64,000 nucleotides of DNA from Prochlorococcaceae cyanobacterium (GCA_044238185.1 JBIIDV010000004.1:415-64414), one strand, 5' to 3'. Numbered from the stretch's first letter, positions 36,525 to 46,539 are shown. Numbers and translations: made by a program. The notes: generated by a model from the letters alone, not told the origin.

Positions 36525-37946
36525 TTGAAGTTGGTTCAGCCGCTCTCGCCACGCTCTAGATCTCGACTGTTTCCGGGGCTGGAGACTGGTTCAAAGCGAG
36601 TAGGCCGGATCGGGGCGCGCGGGGGGTCGGGTGACTCAGGCAGAGGATTTGGAACGGTGGTGCCATTGCAGAGATGGATTGGCGGTGTGACCCGTCGAGC
36701 TGGTTCTCTGCTCAGCTCAGCGCGTGCAAGGTCGGACGAGGCCACATCCACTTTGGCCATTGAGAGCACCCTTGGAGAGGAGGATGTTTCGAGCACTCCC
36801 TATCCTGGTTCGATTACGGGCCTTGGCTTAAGGCAGAGGTTGCGAGATCCACTGAAGCCGATTGTTCGTATCCCCTTACCTCTTGTTCTGGCTGGTTTAG
36901 TCGCTCTCGGGTCAGCCATTTACTTCTTTAACATCGGCCGCAATCGTTACCAAGTCAATTCCAGCTTCATTGTGAGGCTCCCTGAGACGCCGCCGTCGAC
37001 GGGCTCCAGTCTTCTGGGAAATGTTCCGGCGGGCCCCACGATGCTTGGCTCGCTGGAGGACGGTCGCTTCCTTGCTGTCTACCTCACGTCTCCTGAGGTC
37101 ATGAAGCGCGTCTTCCTGACCCTGGAGCCTGAGAAAGCATGGGCACGATCTGGGCGAGATCCATTTGCAGGAATCAAGCCTGCTGCAAACGTTGACCAGC
37201 AACTCGAGTTCTTCAGGCGTCAAGTTTTTGTGATTCCTCAAGATCTCACGGGTGTTATTAATTTAGCAACTGTAGGCCTGGCCCCCGAGCCGGCTTATCG
37301 CTTAAATCAGTTGTTGCTGCAGGAGGCTGAATCTTTCCTGAACCGAATCAATAGCGAAATCAGTACGACCCAGCAGCAGTTTGCTGAACAGGAGGTTCAG
37401 CGAGCCCGCCAGCGGCTTGACCAGGCTTCCCAGGCTTTTAATGCCTTTAAAAACGAAATCGGAGAGCTTAATCCTGCCCAAACGGCTGCTGGTACAAGCA
37501 CTTATATCACCGCGCTGGAAAGTCGGTTGGTTGAGCTTAAGGTGGAAGAAGCAAGCCTGAAGCGACAATTCAAGGACTACGGCAGCCCTGAAGTTGCTTA
37601 TGTGACTGATCAGGTGAGAGAGCTGGAGCGGCAGATTGAAGAGGAGCGCACTGATCTTGTGAACCCTGATGGCCGCGACCTCAATCGACTTGTGGCTGAA
37701 GGTTCGAAACTGGAAACCGAAGTTGCGCTGGCTACTGAGGCCATGAAGTCTGCAATTACCGCGGCCGATAATAGTCGTCAACGCAGTCAGCAACAGGTTA
37801 AATTCCTGGTCCGTCTTGCAGAACCTCAGATCCCTGAGCTGCAATATTTTGACTGGCGCTGGAAAGGTTTTCTCGCCACCCTTGGCGTTATTGTTGTCGC
37901 CTGGGGTATTGGATCGTTTGTGCTCGGTGTTGTGGATCGCCGCTAA
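36525..37946 (+). CDS. kpsE: KpsE/CtrB-type polysaccharide export inner-membrane (PCP-3) protein
   Basis: It has an N-terminal TM (IPLPLVLAGLVALGSAIYFF). RNRYQVNSSFIV follows, then SLEDGRFLAVYLTSPEVM. The coiled-coil core is FAEQEVQRARQRLDQASQAFNAFK (compare KpsE FAETEMEKARQRLDASKAEL). It ends in a C-terminal TM (FLATLGVIVVAWGIGSFVLGVV). The TTG start at 36525 gives an unusually long N-terminal tail of about 115 aa, so the start is uncertain. Confidence 0.75.
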   Translation: MKLVQPLSPRSRSRLFPGLETGSKRVGRIGARGGSGDSGRGFGTVVPLQRWIGGVTRRAGSLLSSARARSDEATSTLAIESTLGEEDVSSTPYPGSITGLGLRQRLRDPLKPIVRIPLPLVLAGLVALGSAIYFFNIGRNRYQVNSSFIVRLPETPPSTGSSLLGNVPAGPTMLGSLEDGRFLAVYLTSPEVMKRVFLTLEPEKAWARSGRDPFAGIKPAANVDQQLEFFRRQVFVIPQDLTGVINLATVGLAPEPAYRLNQLLLQEAESFLNRINSEISTTQQQFAEQEVQRARQRLDQASQAFNAFKNEIGELNPAQTAAGTSTYITALESRLVELKVEEASLKRQFKDYGSPEVAYVTDQVRELERQIEEERTDLVNPDGRDLNRLVAEGSKLETEVALATEAMKSAITAADNSRQRSQQQVKFLVRLAEPQIPELQYFDWRWKGFLATLGVIVVAWGIGSFVLGVVDRR

Positions 37947-37968
37947 TCACAGCTGATTTTCGGTCTGG

Positions 37969-39465
37969 ATGACAGGCTCTCCCTATGGCTGGCTGAATCG
38001 TTGGCAGGTTGCTGCTGCAGCCGCCGAGTCGGCAGATCACTTGCGTTCGCGACTGGCAGATCAGAGCGCTGGCGGGGCAGGGCTGCGACGCAGTGATCGG
38101 GCCCTCTTGGGGGATCTGCACTGGCCCAGGCGGCATCACGATTTGTTGAAGGCCAAAGATCCGGGCAGCGATGTTGCTCTGCTAACAGTCGCCAATGCCC
38201 GCTTTTTTCGTGGACTTGAGGCTCTTTTGCTGAGCCTGCTTGATCATTATCCCGATCTCAGCGCGCCGATTCTGATACTCCATGATGGCAGCCTCGGGGA
38301 TTTCCTTCAGCGCCGACTGACTGACATCTATGCACGACTGTTGTTTGAGCAGCCATCCCCACCCTGGGCCGCCGTCCTGCCGCGAACGTCGCTGAATCAA
38401 CGGCGCATCGGTGTGCTGGGCTATCTCAACAGCCATGCTCTGAGCTTGCGTGGCTTTCGCCGAGTGCTGGTGCTCGATGCAGACCTGTTGATCACAGGCG
38501 CGCTCGATCCCCTCTGGGCGGATACCCAGGATTTTCAAGCCATTGCTGATTGTGGCGATCGTCCTTGGGCTGCTGTCTCCTCCCGTACTGCTCGCCCTGT
38601 GGTCAATTCTGGGGTGCTCTCTATCCCTGGTTGGGCCCTGACGGATTCCTTTGCGTGCCGGATGGAGGAATTGATTCGCCACTCCTCAGATCCGGCCTGC
38701 CCGCTGTTGGATTGTTTTGCCGATCAGAAGGTATGGAATCTGTTTCTGGCTGATCAACCTCTGCAGTTGCTGCCTCTCAACTACAACTGCAACGTGAAAT
38801 ACCTGGTGCGCTATCTGGGTGGCTGCGCAGAGGGCCTTTCGGTGGTGCATTTCGCAGGCCCCAAGCCTTGGCTGACCTGGCCATGGGTGTCACCGGACCC
38901 AGCGGATGAGAAGCCTGGGGCGGTGACAGATCATCTCTTGTGGAACCGACACTATCGACAGCTACTCCTCAGCTGGCGGATTTCACTGTTTCGGCGTCTG
39001 CAGTCTGAACCCCTGTCACTGCCACCAGGCACGGCCTATCTGGCCACGGATCCCTCAGGCTTCCCTGTCTCTGGCATTCCTTTTGGCCAGAGCAAGCATC
39101 TCCTGCTGGCTGATCCTGATGTCTTCGGCAGCGATTGGCCCGACCTTCCCCACTGGCCTGATGGCTGGTTGGCGGCCATCGCTGCCGCCACGCCACTGCT
39201 TGTCTGGGCTCCTTTCGAGTGGGAGCCTGCCCTGAGGCACCTGCCGCTACCGGATGGGGCGAGTTGGCGTTGGCTGTTGATCGAGGCACCGTTCAGCCCT
39301 GCCCTTGCGCAGGGCGACGATCTGATTGCTGCTGAGTGTCCTTGGGATGCTGGTTTTGAGCCCTGGAGCGATCCGCCACTGGTCGCGGTCGAGCGGGCGG
39401 TGCGTCGCCAGTTGCTGGCCATGGGGGCTGAGCCGCTGAAGGTGACTGGCGAATGTCCCCCCTAA
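37969..39465 (+). CDS. glycosyltransferase family 8 domain protein with uncharacterised C-terminal half
   Basis: VALLTVANARFFRGLEALLLS, VLVLDADLLITG (DxD), NSGVLSI, DQKVWN and VVHFAGPKPW are GT8 hallmarks. I could not recognise the last ~230 aa. Confidence 0.7.
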   Translation: MTGSPYGWLNRWQVAAAAAESADHLRSRLADQSAGGAGLRRSDRALLGDLHWPRRHHDLLKAKDPGSDVALLTVANARFFRGLEALLLSLLDHYPDLSAPILILHDGSLGDFLQRRLTDIYARLLFEQPSPPWAAVLPRTSLNQRRIGVLGYLNSHALSLRGFRRVLVLDADLLITGALDPLWADTQDFQAIADCGDRPWAAVSSRTARPVVNSGVLSIPGWALTDSFACRMEELIRHSSDPACPLLDCFADQKVWNLFLADQPLQLLPLNYNCNVKYLVRYLGGCAEGLSVVHFAGPKPWLTWPWVSPDPADEKPGAVTDHLLWNRHYRQLLLSWRISLFRRLQSEPLSLPPGTAYLATDPSGFPVSGIPFGQSKHLLLADPDVFGSDWPDLPHWPDGWLAAIAAATPLLVWAPFEWEPALRHLPLPDGASWRWLLIEAPFSPALAQGDDLIAAECPWDAGFEPWSDPPLVAVERAVRRQLLAMGAEPLKVTGECPP

Positions 39466-39490
39466 ACTTCCGCTGACGACAGCACAGGGC

Positions 39491-40093
39491 ATGCCGAAGG
39501 CCACACGCAAGTCCGCGCCAGTGGCAACATCTGGCTCAGCCCGTCGATGGCACCTCGCGGCAGTGCTGCTCTCCCCATTCAGGAGTTTTGATTCCTTGTG
39601 GCGCAGGGGTGGGAAGAAGGCCTCCCGCCGATCGAAACCAGTGAAGCCAGCTGTGTTGCAGGGACTGGGTCAGAAGCGAACGCTTGCACAGTGGAAGGAG
39701 AGTCGCCGCCGCATCACCGCTGAGGTGAAGGCCCACCTCGATGAGCAGCAGCCGGTGCCTGCCATCAAAAAGCTCACCCGTGCCCTGTTGGAGGATCCCC
39801 AGCACCCTGCCTATCAGGAGCTGCTTCGGAAAGCTGTGGAGCAGCGTCGTCTGCGGCGCCTCAAGGCGGGCCGCAAGGATGCCTGGGCTGAACTCCCGGT
39901 GGAGATCCGGCAGGACGCCCTGCAGCTGGAGGCCTTCACCGCCTACGTGGATGAACTGGAGCAGTTGTTCGATCGAGCGGGCATTCCACCTCTGCGTGCG
40001 CCAGCCCCGCCCGACCAGCTCCAGGCTCCGAAGCGGCGCGCCAAGCCAGGGCCTGAGTCCCAAGCGCTCAAGTCCGAAACCCCTGAGCCCTGA
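39491..40093 (+). CDS. hypothetical basic/charged protein
   Basis: 200-aa ORF, Lys/Arg-rich (…RRGGKKASRRSKPVKP…RRLRRLKAGRKD…). Codon usage looks plausible but I recognise no motif. Confidence 0.35.
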   Translation: MPKATRKSAPVATSGSARRWHLAAVLLSPFRSFDSLWRRGGKKASRRSKPVKPAVLQGLGQKRTLAQWKESRRRITAEVKAHLDEQQPVPAIKKLTRALLEDPQHPAYQELLRKAVEQRRLRRLKAGRKDAWAELPVEIRQDALQLEAFTAYVDELEQLFDRAGIPPLRAPAPPDQLQAPKRRAKPGPESQALKSETPEP

Positions 40094-40112
40094 AACCCAC
40101 CTTGATTCGGGT

Positions 40113-41024
40113 CTAACCCCTGCAGTAAGGAACCAGCTGCTCAACCAGCTGGCGGGCCCTGGCCTCGAAACTGTGATGCTCACGCACCTGCCGGGCCACG
40201 TCGCCCAGGAGGGAGCCCTGTCCGCGTATCGCCAGGGCCCTCTCCAGGCTGGAGATCGGGTTTGCGCCCACCGGGTGGCAGACCACCGCTGCTTCGAGCT
40301 CCGCTGGGCAGTCGGGTGCCACGTCGGTGATCACCGGCACGGCGCAGGCCAGCACATCAAAGACCCGGTTGTTCAGGTAGCCGTAGTCGGCCATGGCTTG
40401 ATGGTGATCGTTGAGCACCGCCAGGGCCCGGCGGTAGCGCTGGGGCAGTTCCCGGTTGGCGATGCTGGTGGCGGCAGCGTTGATGCCTAGCTGATTCCAG
40501 CCATCGCCAATCAGTTCGAGGGGAAGGCCGGCCTGGCTGAACGCCTGCACGATGGGCCGGATGGTTCCGCGGGTGTTGCCCACAAACAGCAATCCGCCCG
40601 TTGCGGTATCGGGGGGGCCGTAGTGGCAGAAGTCTGTTGCTTGGAGCAGGGTGGTGGTCGGGCGACCGCTGAGCCTGGCGATACGGGGGCGGTCCTGGCT
40701 ACTGGCCACGAACAGCAGGTTGTAGCCGGCCAGCTCGCTTGCCGATGGATCGAGGGGCCAGCTGATCAGCCAGAGGGCCTTCCACGCGTAGGGCTGCTGG
40801 GTCAGCCAGGCGTGTGGAGGGGCAAATTTTCCGCGCAGCACCAGCAGGCCACTGCCGGGGGGGGCTGGGCTGCTGTCCATCAGGTTGTCGCGGTAGAGCA
40901 GCCGTGATGCCCAGCCCACACGCTGCAGGCCGAGCTGAAGGCCCCGGGCGAAGTGCACATCCCCCCAGCCCGCGTGGGCGGCTGGGTCTGCGGGAGCGGC
41001 AATCAGCAGGTCGACATGCCGCAT
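40113..41024 (-). CDS. CgeB-like/GT1-like glycosyltransferase
   Basis: FVGNTRGTIRPIVQAFSQAGLPLELIGDGW...LNDHHQAMADYGYLNNRVFDVLACAVPVITD resembles the CgeB/DUF3880 + Glyco_trans_1_2 pattern. I placed the start at M17 (MRHVDLLIAAP); track M1 is at 41072. Confidence 0.45.
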   Translation of the reverse strand: MRHVDLLIAAPADPAAHAGWGDVHFARGLQLGLQRVGWASRLLYRDNLMDSSPAPPGSGLLVLRGKFAPPHAWLTQQPYAWKALWLISWPLDPSASELAGYNLLFVASSQDRPRIARLSGRPTTTLLQATDFCHYGPPDTATGGLLFVGNTRGTIRPIVQAFSQAGLPLELIGDGWNQLGINAAATSIANRELPQRYRRALAVLNDHHQAMADYGYLNNRVFDVLACAVPVITDVAPDCPAELEAAVVCHPVGANPISSLERALAIRGQGSLLGDVARQVREHHSFEARARQLVEQLVPYCRG

Positions 41025-41070
41025 GGATGCAATGGCTTGCCCACCTATCCTCGCGGTTGGCCCGGATGCC

Positions 41071-43524
41071 ATGCCGCCAATTCCCGCGCCCCAGTCTGAA
41101 GCCTCCCCCTCCGGTGTGATTCACCAGGCGTTGAATCGCTGTCAGGTGGTGAGACGGCTCTATGCACTTGCGGGGGTCCGTCGCTATGGGTTTGTGTCGG
41201 CCTGCGACCAGGCCTTGCTGCTGCGGGCTGATCCAGCGTTCTGGCCCCGGTGGTTCGGCTCAGCCCTGGTTGCGTTGGACGGTGACGCTGCCGATCAGGA
41301 CCTGCTGCTGGCCCTGCCATTGGCATGGAGTCGGGGACTGGTGGACCCAGAGCAGACCCCCCGGCTGCCGGCCCTGCTGGCGGATGCCACACCCGTGGTC
41401 ATCGGCCGCTGGCCCTCGCGTCCCCCACAGCAGGCTGGCCTTCTGAGTCCCTCCGCTCTGGGGGAGCAGGTCACCCGTTACTGCGCCCTGCTGGCAGAGG
41501 AAGCACCTTTGCTGCCTGCCCTTGCGGTGCAATTGCTGCAGTTGGAGCGCCAGCTGCGCCGTCAGCTGGCGCCTGGCTGCTGGCCTGCGCCAGAAGCTCT
41601 GCGTCGCCCCTTTGCCACGGCCGACTGGCTGGCAGGAATCCCCTCTGATCCTGCGGGATTGCAGCACCTGGCTGATCAGCTGGTGGCGGTGTTGCATCTC
41701 CTGCCGCCGGGGGAGCAGGCCAGCTATGTCAAGGATCTCCAGGCTGTTCTGGTGGAAGCTCTGGATCAGCCCGACCCCGGGCCTGCGCTGCGGCTGGTGG
41801 AGGCTCTGGTGGGGGGGATGAACAGCCGTAACCCCGACTTGGTCGAGGTGGCGGCTGCCCTGCGCCGGGCAGGAGTGGCGCGGGGCGCAACGCTGGCGGA
41901 TCCCGGCGAGCGGGGCCTGGTGCTGATGCGACTGCTGCAGGTGGCCTCAGACGAGGCCCCTCCCGTCGATCTGGATGCACTGGCCGGATCGATCGATGCC
42001 TTGGTCAGTGCCATTGGCGCTGCAGGTGAACCGGAGCAGAAGCGGCTCCTGCAGCGCCAGTTGGTGGCGATCGTGCAGAGCGGCAGTTGCAACCTGCCAC
42101 TGTTGCGTCTGCTGCTACCGCTGCTCGAGCCGGAGAGCGGCTATCGCCTTCCCACTCTGCTGCCCCCCTCGGCGTGCCTGGTCCTTGTCAAGGCGGTGCT
42201 CCTGCTTGGGGATGCCCTGGTCTCCCAGCTCGACCGGCCAGTCCGGCGAGCCATGCTGGCCCTGCTGGAGCGCAGCCTGCCGCGGCTGTGGTGGCAGCCG
42301 GAGCTGCTGGTGAAGCTGCTGCACGACGTGCGGCGTTTTCCCCTGCAAACCCGTTGGCTGCTGGCCGACGACGCCGACCTGCTGCCAACCCTCGTGCTGC
42401 TGCACAGCCGCGGTGTGGCCCCGCCCGCGCCGGACCATGGCCCAGAACCCCTGCAGTTGCGGCCCCTGGCGCCAGAGGAGCTGCCGGGGGAGCCAGAGGA
42501 TCCACGCCGGTTGCTGCGGCTGCAGCTCACCCTGTTGCTGCGGGTGGTGACCGGCAAGGAGGAGCGGGCGGCGCTGCTGCGCCTGGTGAGCGGTTCCGGC
42601 AAGTCGCCGGTGCTGCGGCTGCTCGATGGCGACGATGAGGAGGCCTTGGTGTTGGCGGTGGCTGCCGGCCTGCCCAGTCGGGCCATGGGTCTGGTGCGGT
42701 TGGTTGCGGATCGGCTAGCTGTGCCGGATCTGTTGCCTGTGCTGCCCCCCAGCAGTGGCGGCGTGGAGGCTGTGTTTGCTGACTGCCTGGCCCAGTGGTG
42801 CCAGCTGCTGGAGCCGCCTCCGGCGCGCCCCAGGTTGCCGATCACCGTGCTGATCACCTGTCACCGGCCGCGTTTGGATCTGCTTCACCAGGTGTTGCAC
42901 TCTCTCGCCCTGCAGAGCGTGGCGGTGCAGGAAGTGCTGGTGGTGGACGACGGCTCGCCCGTTGCTGAGACCGCCGGCCTAGCCGAGCTGCTGGAGTCCG
43001 CCGCTGAGGTGCTGGCGCTGCCCCTGCGGCTGCTGCGCCAGGAGCACAATCAGGGCCAGTACGCCTGCCGCAACCTGGCAATCTCCCAGATGAGCGGCGA
43101 GGTGCTGGCCATCCACGATGACGACGATCTCTCCCACCCCCTGCGCCTGGAGCGGCAGTGGCAGGCGCTCCAGCAAGGGGCTGCGGCGGTGTACGCCAGG
43201 CACGTGCGTCTCGATGAGGCCACCGGTACCCCTCAGGCCGATGGCGATGGGGGCGCGTTCTTCGGGGATGGCATCACCACCCTGATGCTGCGCCGCCAGA
43301 CGGCGCTGGAGCTGGGTGGGTTCTACCCCGTTCGCTCCCGTGGGGACGTGGACTTCCGCCGTCGGCTGGAGGAGCGTTATGGGGCGGCCAGGGTGGTGCG
43401 GCTGTCCGCGCCGCTCTATCTGATGCGCGGCTCCGCCACGACCGTGTCGTCCGCCTTCGAGTACAGCTGCAGCCTGGGGCTGCCCAGTTGGCGACGGCTG
43501 ATGCGCCAGGGGGTGCTCCCTTGA
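41071..43524 (+). CDS. large protein: ~600-aa Leu/Ala-rich N-terminal region of unknown function + C-terminal GT2 glycosyltransferase domain
   Basis: The C-terminus has ITVLITCHRPRLDLLHQVLHSLALQSVAVQEVLVVDDGSP and AIHDDDDLSHPLRLERQ, the GT2 DxD region. The start is either 41023 or 41071. Confidence 0.65.
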   Translation: MPPIPAPQSEASPSGVIHQALNRCQVVRRLYALAGVRRYGFVSACDQALLLRADPAFWPRWFGSALVALDGDAADQDLLLALPLAWSRGLVDPEQTPRLPALLADATPVVIGRWPSRPPQQAGLLSPSALGEQVTRYCALLAEEAPLLPALAVQLLQLERQLRRQLAPGCWPAPEALRRPFATADWLAGIPSDPAGLQHLADQLVAVLHLLPPGEQASYVKDLQAVLVEALDQPDPGPALRLVEALVGGMNSRNPDLVEVAAALRRAGVARGATLADPGERGLVLMRLLQVASDEAPPVDLDALAGSIDALVSAIGAAGEPEQKRLLQRQLVAIVQSGSCNLPLLRLLLPLLEPESGYRLPTLLPPSACLVLVKAVLLLGDALVSQLDRPVRRAMLALLERSLPRLWWQPELLVKLLHDVRRFPLQTRWLLADDADLLPTLVLLHSRGVAPPAPDHGPEPLQLRPLAPEELPGEPEDPRRLLRLQLTLLLRVVTGKEERAALLRLVSGSGKSPVLRLLDGDDEEALVLAVAAGLPSRAMGLVRLVADRLAVPDLLPVLPPSSGGVEAVFADCLAQWCQLLEPPPARPRLPITVLITCHRPRLDLLHQVLHSLALQSVAVQEVLVVDDGSPVAETAGLAELLESAAEVLALPLRLLRQEHNQGQYACRNLAISQMSGEVLAIHDDDDLSHPLRLERQWQALQQGAAAVYARHVRLDEATGTPQADGDGGAFFGDGITTLMLRRQTALELGGFYPVRSRGDVDFRRRLEERYGAARVVRLSAPLYLMRGSATTVSSAFEYSCSLGLPSWRRLMRQGVLP

Positions 43525-44396
43525 GCGGGGCATCCGCCCGGCTGGCTCCGGTGTTCATCGGCCTCACCACGATCCGCGGTCGTGAAGGGGCCTTGAAGCG
43601 CACTGTGGATTCCCTGCTGGCTCAACAGTTACCCACCGACGGCAGGCGCGTGGAACTGCATCTGTTTCTTTCCCGGGAGCCCTACCTCCTCGACCGGGGT
43701 TTTGCGTCAATCCCGGGCTTTTTGAGGCATCGGATCTGGCGTTCCCGTCTGCGGCCGGGCCTGCGCCTGCAGGTGCACTGGACGGCCAACTGGGGTCCCT
43801 ACCGCAAGCTTTTGCCCCTGCTGGAGCGGCTGACGCCTGAGCAGGAGGCGCTCAATCCCCTGCTGATCACTGCCGATGACGACACCCTCTATCCCCGCGA
43901 CTGGCTCCGGCGGCTGGTGGCCGCCCAGGTGCGCTGGGGCTGCGTCGTGGCCTTCCGCGGTCGCCAGATGCTGCTCGACCAGGGGGAGGTGGTGCCCTAT
44001 CGCGATTGGCGGGTGAATGATGAGCGGCTGCTACAGCCCAGCCTGCTCACGGTGCCGACTGGCAAGGACGGGATCTGTTACAGGCTCAGCCAGCTCGACT
44101 GGCGTGTGCGCGATGTGCAACAGGCCTTGGCCATCGCCGGTCACGCCGACGACCTCTGGTTTAAGACCCACACGTTACTGACATCCACACCATCGGTTTT
44201 GTTGCACCACAGCATGGCTCAGCAGTTTGTTGAGCTCAGCAGTCAGGGTATGGCTCTTAAGCGCGGTGTTCCTGGCCAGCCGATCGGGCAAACGTTGTTT
44301 CTCTCGATCAATAAGCGGGGAGGAAATGATATGGTTCTTCGGGAATGCCTTGGCTATTTGCAGAAGAATACTCGATACCCTTGGTTGATGCGGTGA
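43488..44396 (+). CDS. putative glycosyltransferase (DxD-containing GT-A-like)
   Basis: VFIGLTTIRGREGALKRTVDSLLAQQ..., LITADDDTLYPRDWLRRL and ADDLWFKTH are present. Possible TTG starts are at 43488 or 43521, and the latter overlaps the upstream stop (TTGA). The family was not identified. Confidence 0.4.
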   Translation: MATADAPGGAPLSGASARLAPVFIGLTTIRGREGALKRTVDSLLAQQLPTDGRRVELHLFLSREPYLLDRGFASIPGFLRHRIWRSRLRPGLRLQVHWTANWGPYRKLLPLLERLTPEQEALNPLLITADDDTLYPRDWLRRLVAAQVRWGCVVAFRGRQMLLDQGEVVPYRDWRVNDERLLQPSLLTVPTGKDGICYRLSQLDWRVRDVQQALAIAGHADDLWFKTHTLLTSTPSVLLHHSMAQQFVELSSQGMALKRGVPGQPIGQTLFLSINKRGGNDMVLRECLGYLQKNTRYPWLMR

Positions 44397-44500
44397 AGAA
44401 ATGTCTGACCTCTTCGGTGGCTGTCGATTGCCAAGCGTGGATTTATAAAGCTTGTCTTTTTGAGCTTGTCTGACCAGTGGGGTTGGCCGACCGGATTGGA

Positions 44501-45424
44501 CTATCTCTGTGATCTTGGCGTTTCAAATAGGCAAGGCGAAGATGGAAAGTAGTGATGGCGAACCCATTCGTTTGATGCGGCATAGGCATTGTCATAGGCT
44601 CGTTTCTGCAATGCACTTGCGGTAGGTGATGGCAGGTGATCAAACGACTCGCGTATGGCTCTCACCAAGTCTCGCGAGGGTTGTCCTTCCTGATTGAGCC
44701 GTGCAATGAGCGAGAGAGAGAGCCAGGACAAGGATGTATTGGCGCGCTGGGTAGATGTTTGGTAGTCAGAGGGAAGATCAATGCCGGTCGCGATGGAAAA
44801 GTCCCTGATGACATCTCCATCGATCCAACTCTCTGGTGTAAATAGTCTGGGCTGAAAGTGACCTGGAAACCACTTCTCGAGCTGGTCAGTTGTCGAGCGG
44901 TGGCAGCAGAGTCGATGCCAGTATTCGTTATCAGGAAGAGGTAAATCAGCTAGGGCTGCACCATTAAGGACTGCTGTAGACCAGAGCGAGAGAGCGGCAT
45001 TAAGAGGTTCACGTAGGTAGACAATGACCAATACATCGTCGAAGCGATTTTTTATAAAGGCCGACATTACTTCCATGCAATCCTCGCTATGGAGAATTCG
45101 CGAGTGAATATGCTCACTTGAGATGATCCAGGATTGATCCTGTGTCCGAGAGATCTCTTCGTCGAGCTGATGTTGCCAAAGGTTTATTGCTGCCTCCCTT
45201 TCCTCATGGGATAGGTGATCTAGGCCCTCAGTATAGGTAAGGTCGTCCTTTTGGCCTGGCTGGTAGAAGAATAAGGAGAATCGACGATGTTCAACAGCTC
45301 CGAGAGAATGCGGTACTCGATAGCCCTGGAGTGCTAGCCAGTCACGCTGGCTAGACAGAAAGCGTTGAATAGCTGTACTGCCAGTTTTCTCGGTGCCGAT
45401 GTGCAGAATTAGTCGGGCTGCCAT
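44501..45424 (-). CDS. sulfotransferase-fold P-loop protein, paralog 3 of 4
   Basis: MAARLILHIGTEKTGSTAIQRFL, IISSEHI and VIVYLREPLNAALSLW are present. The coding sequence is AT-rich, and the start lies 2 nt after the stop of paralog 4. Confidence 0.5.
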   Translation of the reverse strand: MAARLILHIGTEKTGSTAIQRFLSSQRDWLALQGYRVPHSLGAVEHRRFSLFFYQPGQKDDLTYTEGLDHLSHEEREAAINLWQHQLDEEISRTQDQSWIISSEHIHSRILHSEDCMEVMSAFIKNRFDDVLVIVYLREPLNAALSLWSTAVLNGAALADLPLPDNEYWHRLCCHRSTTDQLEKWFPGHFQPRLFTPESWIDGDVIRDFSIATGIDLPSDYQTSTQRANTSLSWLSLSLIARLNQEGQPSRDLVRAIRESFDHLPSPTASALQKRAYDNAYAASNEWVRHHYFPSSPCLFETPRSQR

Positions 45425-45426
45425 GA

Positions 45427-46539
45427 TCAGTTGAGATCACGCTTCTTGTTGGAATGGCTTGTGGTTTTCCTGGCAAAGTGCGTGCTTTGAAGAAGCCGGC
45501 TGGTGAGGTTTATCAGCCGATTCGTTTGATGAACCCATTCCTTGGCATAGTGATGAGTAGTTGTTACTGCCTTTGGGTGCGCACTTGTCAGAATGTCATT
45601 TTGAATGGCACTGCCAAGAATCTGCCGGCCAAGTTGCAACTGGTCTCCTGATAAATTACAGTGAAAATCGCCATTAAAGCCTGGCTTGGTATTGAAGGAA
45701 AGATGGCTATCTGAGGGGAGTCTTCCATTGATTATATCAACCGAGGCTTGATTCGTTCGCACTACTTCCTGCCATGAGTCCTGCCGCATCGCTAAAGAGA
45801 TGGCTGATACATTTGGAAGTTCATTAACAAGTGAGTCTGCAAGCTGGCGACCCACGGTGCCGCCATACATGGCATTGACAAACAAAAGCAACTGGAGTTC
45901 GGCCGCACTCATTGACCTGTTGACTGGTGCAGTGAGCGAGCAATCAATAACTCCATCGCGAATGCCAATGGCACGCACGAGGGCTTCAATGACCGAGCTT
46001 TTTAATATCGAGTAGTTAAACAGGGAGTAGTCAATGTCATTGTTTTCAAGGGCTTCAACAGCTGCTGCTGCTTTATTTGTTGCATTGCAGCGATAACCGT
46101 GCTCGCAGAGGAAATCTTCATATCCTTTGGTGTAGCCGTGGCGTTTTACAAGTTGTTGATAAACAGAGCCTAGCTGCTCAATTGGATCGCGGACGACAAG
46201 CAGAACATGGAACTCAAAGTGGTCGCGCAGGTTGTCTAGATTGTGCGTAAAGTCTGCGAGCCTGTGAATTAGATTTTCATTGGAGAAAATAAATGTATGG
46301 TAGTCGGGATTCGCATTGATAATTGGCAGCACCCCCGTGGTCATCCAGTTTTCATTCTCGGGACCTATTGATAGGTTGCCGGAACTGATGTGATTGCGGG
46401 AGGCGAGCGCAAAGCTGCGGTGATAAGGATAAAGGATGCCTTCATCTGCTAGTTCATTGTGAGAGCGAGCAAGGCAAGTCTGAAATGCTGAGGATCCTGT
46501 TTTGGGGTGTCCGATATGTAGAAATACGCGGGTTTTCAT
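45427..46539 (-). CDS. sulfotransferase-fold P-loop protein, paralog 4 of 4
   Basis: I trimmed this to MKTRVFLHIGHPKTGSSAFQTCL. An AGGA lies upstream. IFSNENL and LLVVRDPIEQLGSVY are present. Confidence 0.5.
   Translation of the reverse strand: MKTRVFLHIGHPKTGSSAFQTCLARSHNELADEGILYPYHRSFALASRNHISSGNLSIGPENENWMTTGVLPIINANPDYHTFIFSNENLIHRLADFTHNLDNLRDHFEFHVLLVVRDPIEQLGSVYQQLVKRHGYTKGYEDFLCEHGYRCNATNKAAAAVEALENNDIDYSLFNYSILKSSVIEALVRAIGIRDGVIDCSLTAPVNRSMSAAELQLLLFVNAMYGGTVGRQLADSLVNELPNVSAISLAMRQDSWQEVVRTNQASVDIINGRLPSDSHLSFNTKPGFNGDFHCNLSGDQLQLGRQILGSAIQNDILTSAHPKAVTTTHHYAKEWVHQTNRLINLTSRLLQSTHFARKTTSHSNKKRDLN

Noticed and set aside
41162-43603. Numerous 80-240-aa ORFs in all frames over the large GT2 gene (for example 42141..42857 minus, 42087..42638 plus)
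   Set aside because: They are Ala/Arg/Pro/Gly low-complexity frames typical of GC-rich coding DNA. The frame ending in the GT2 domain is the only one with motifs.
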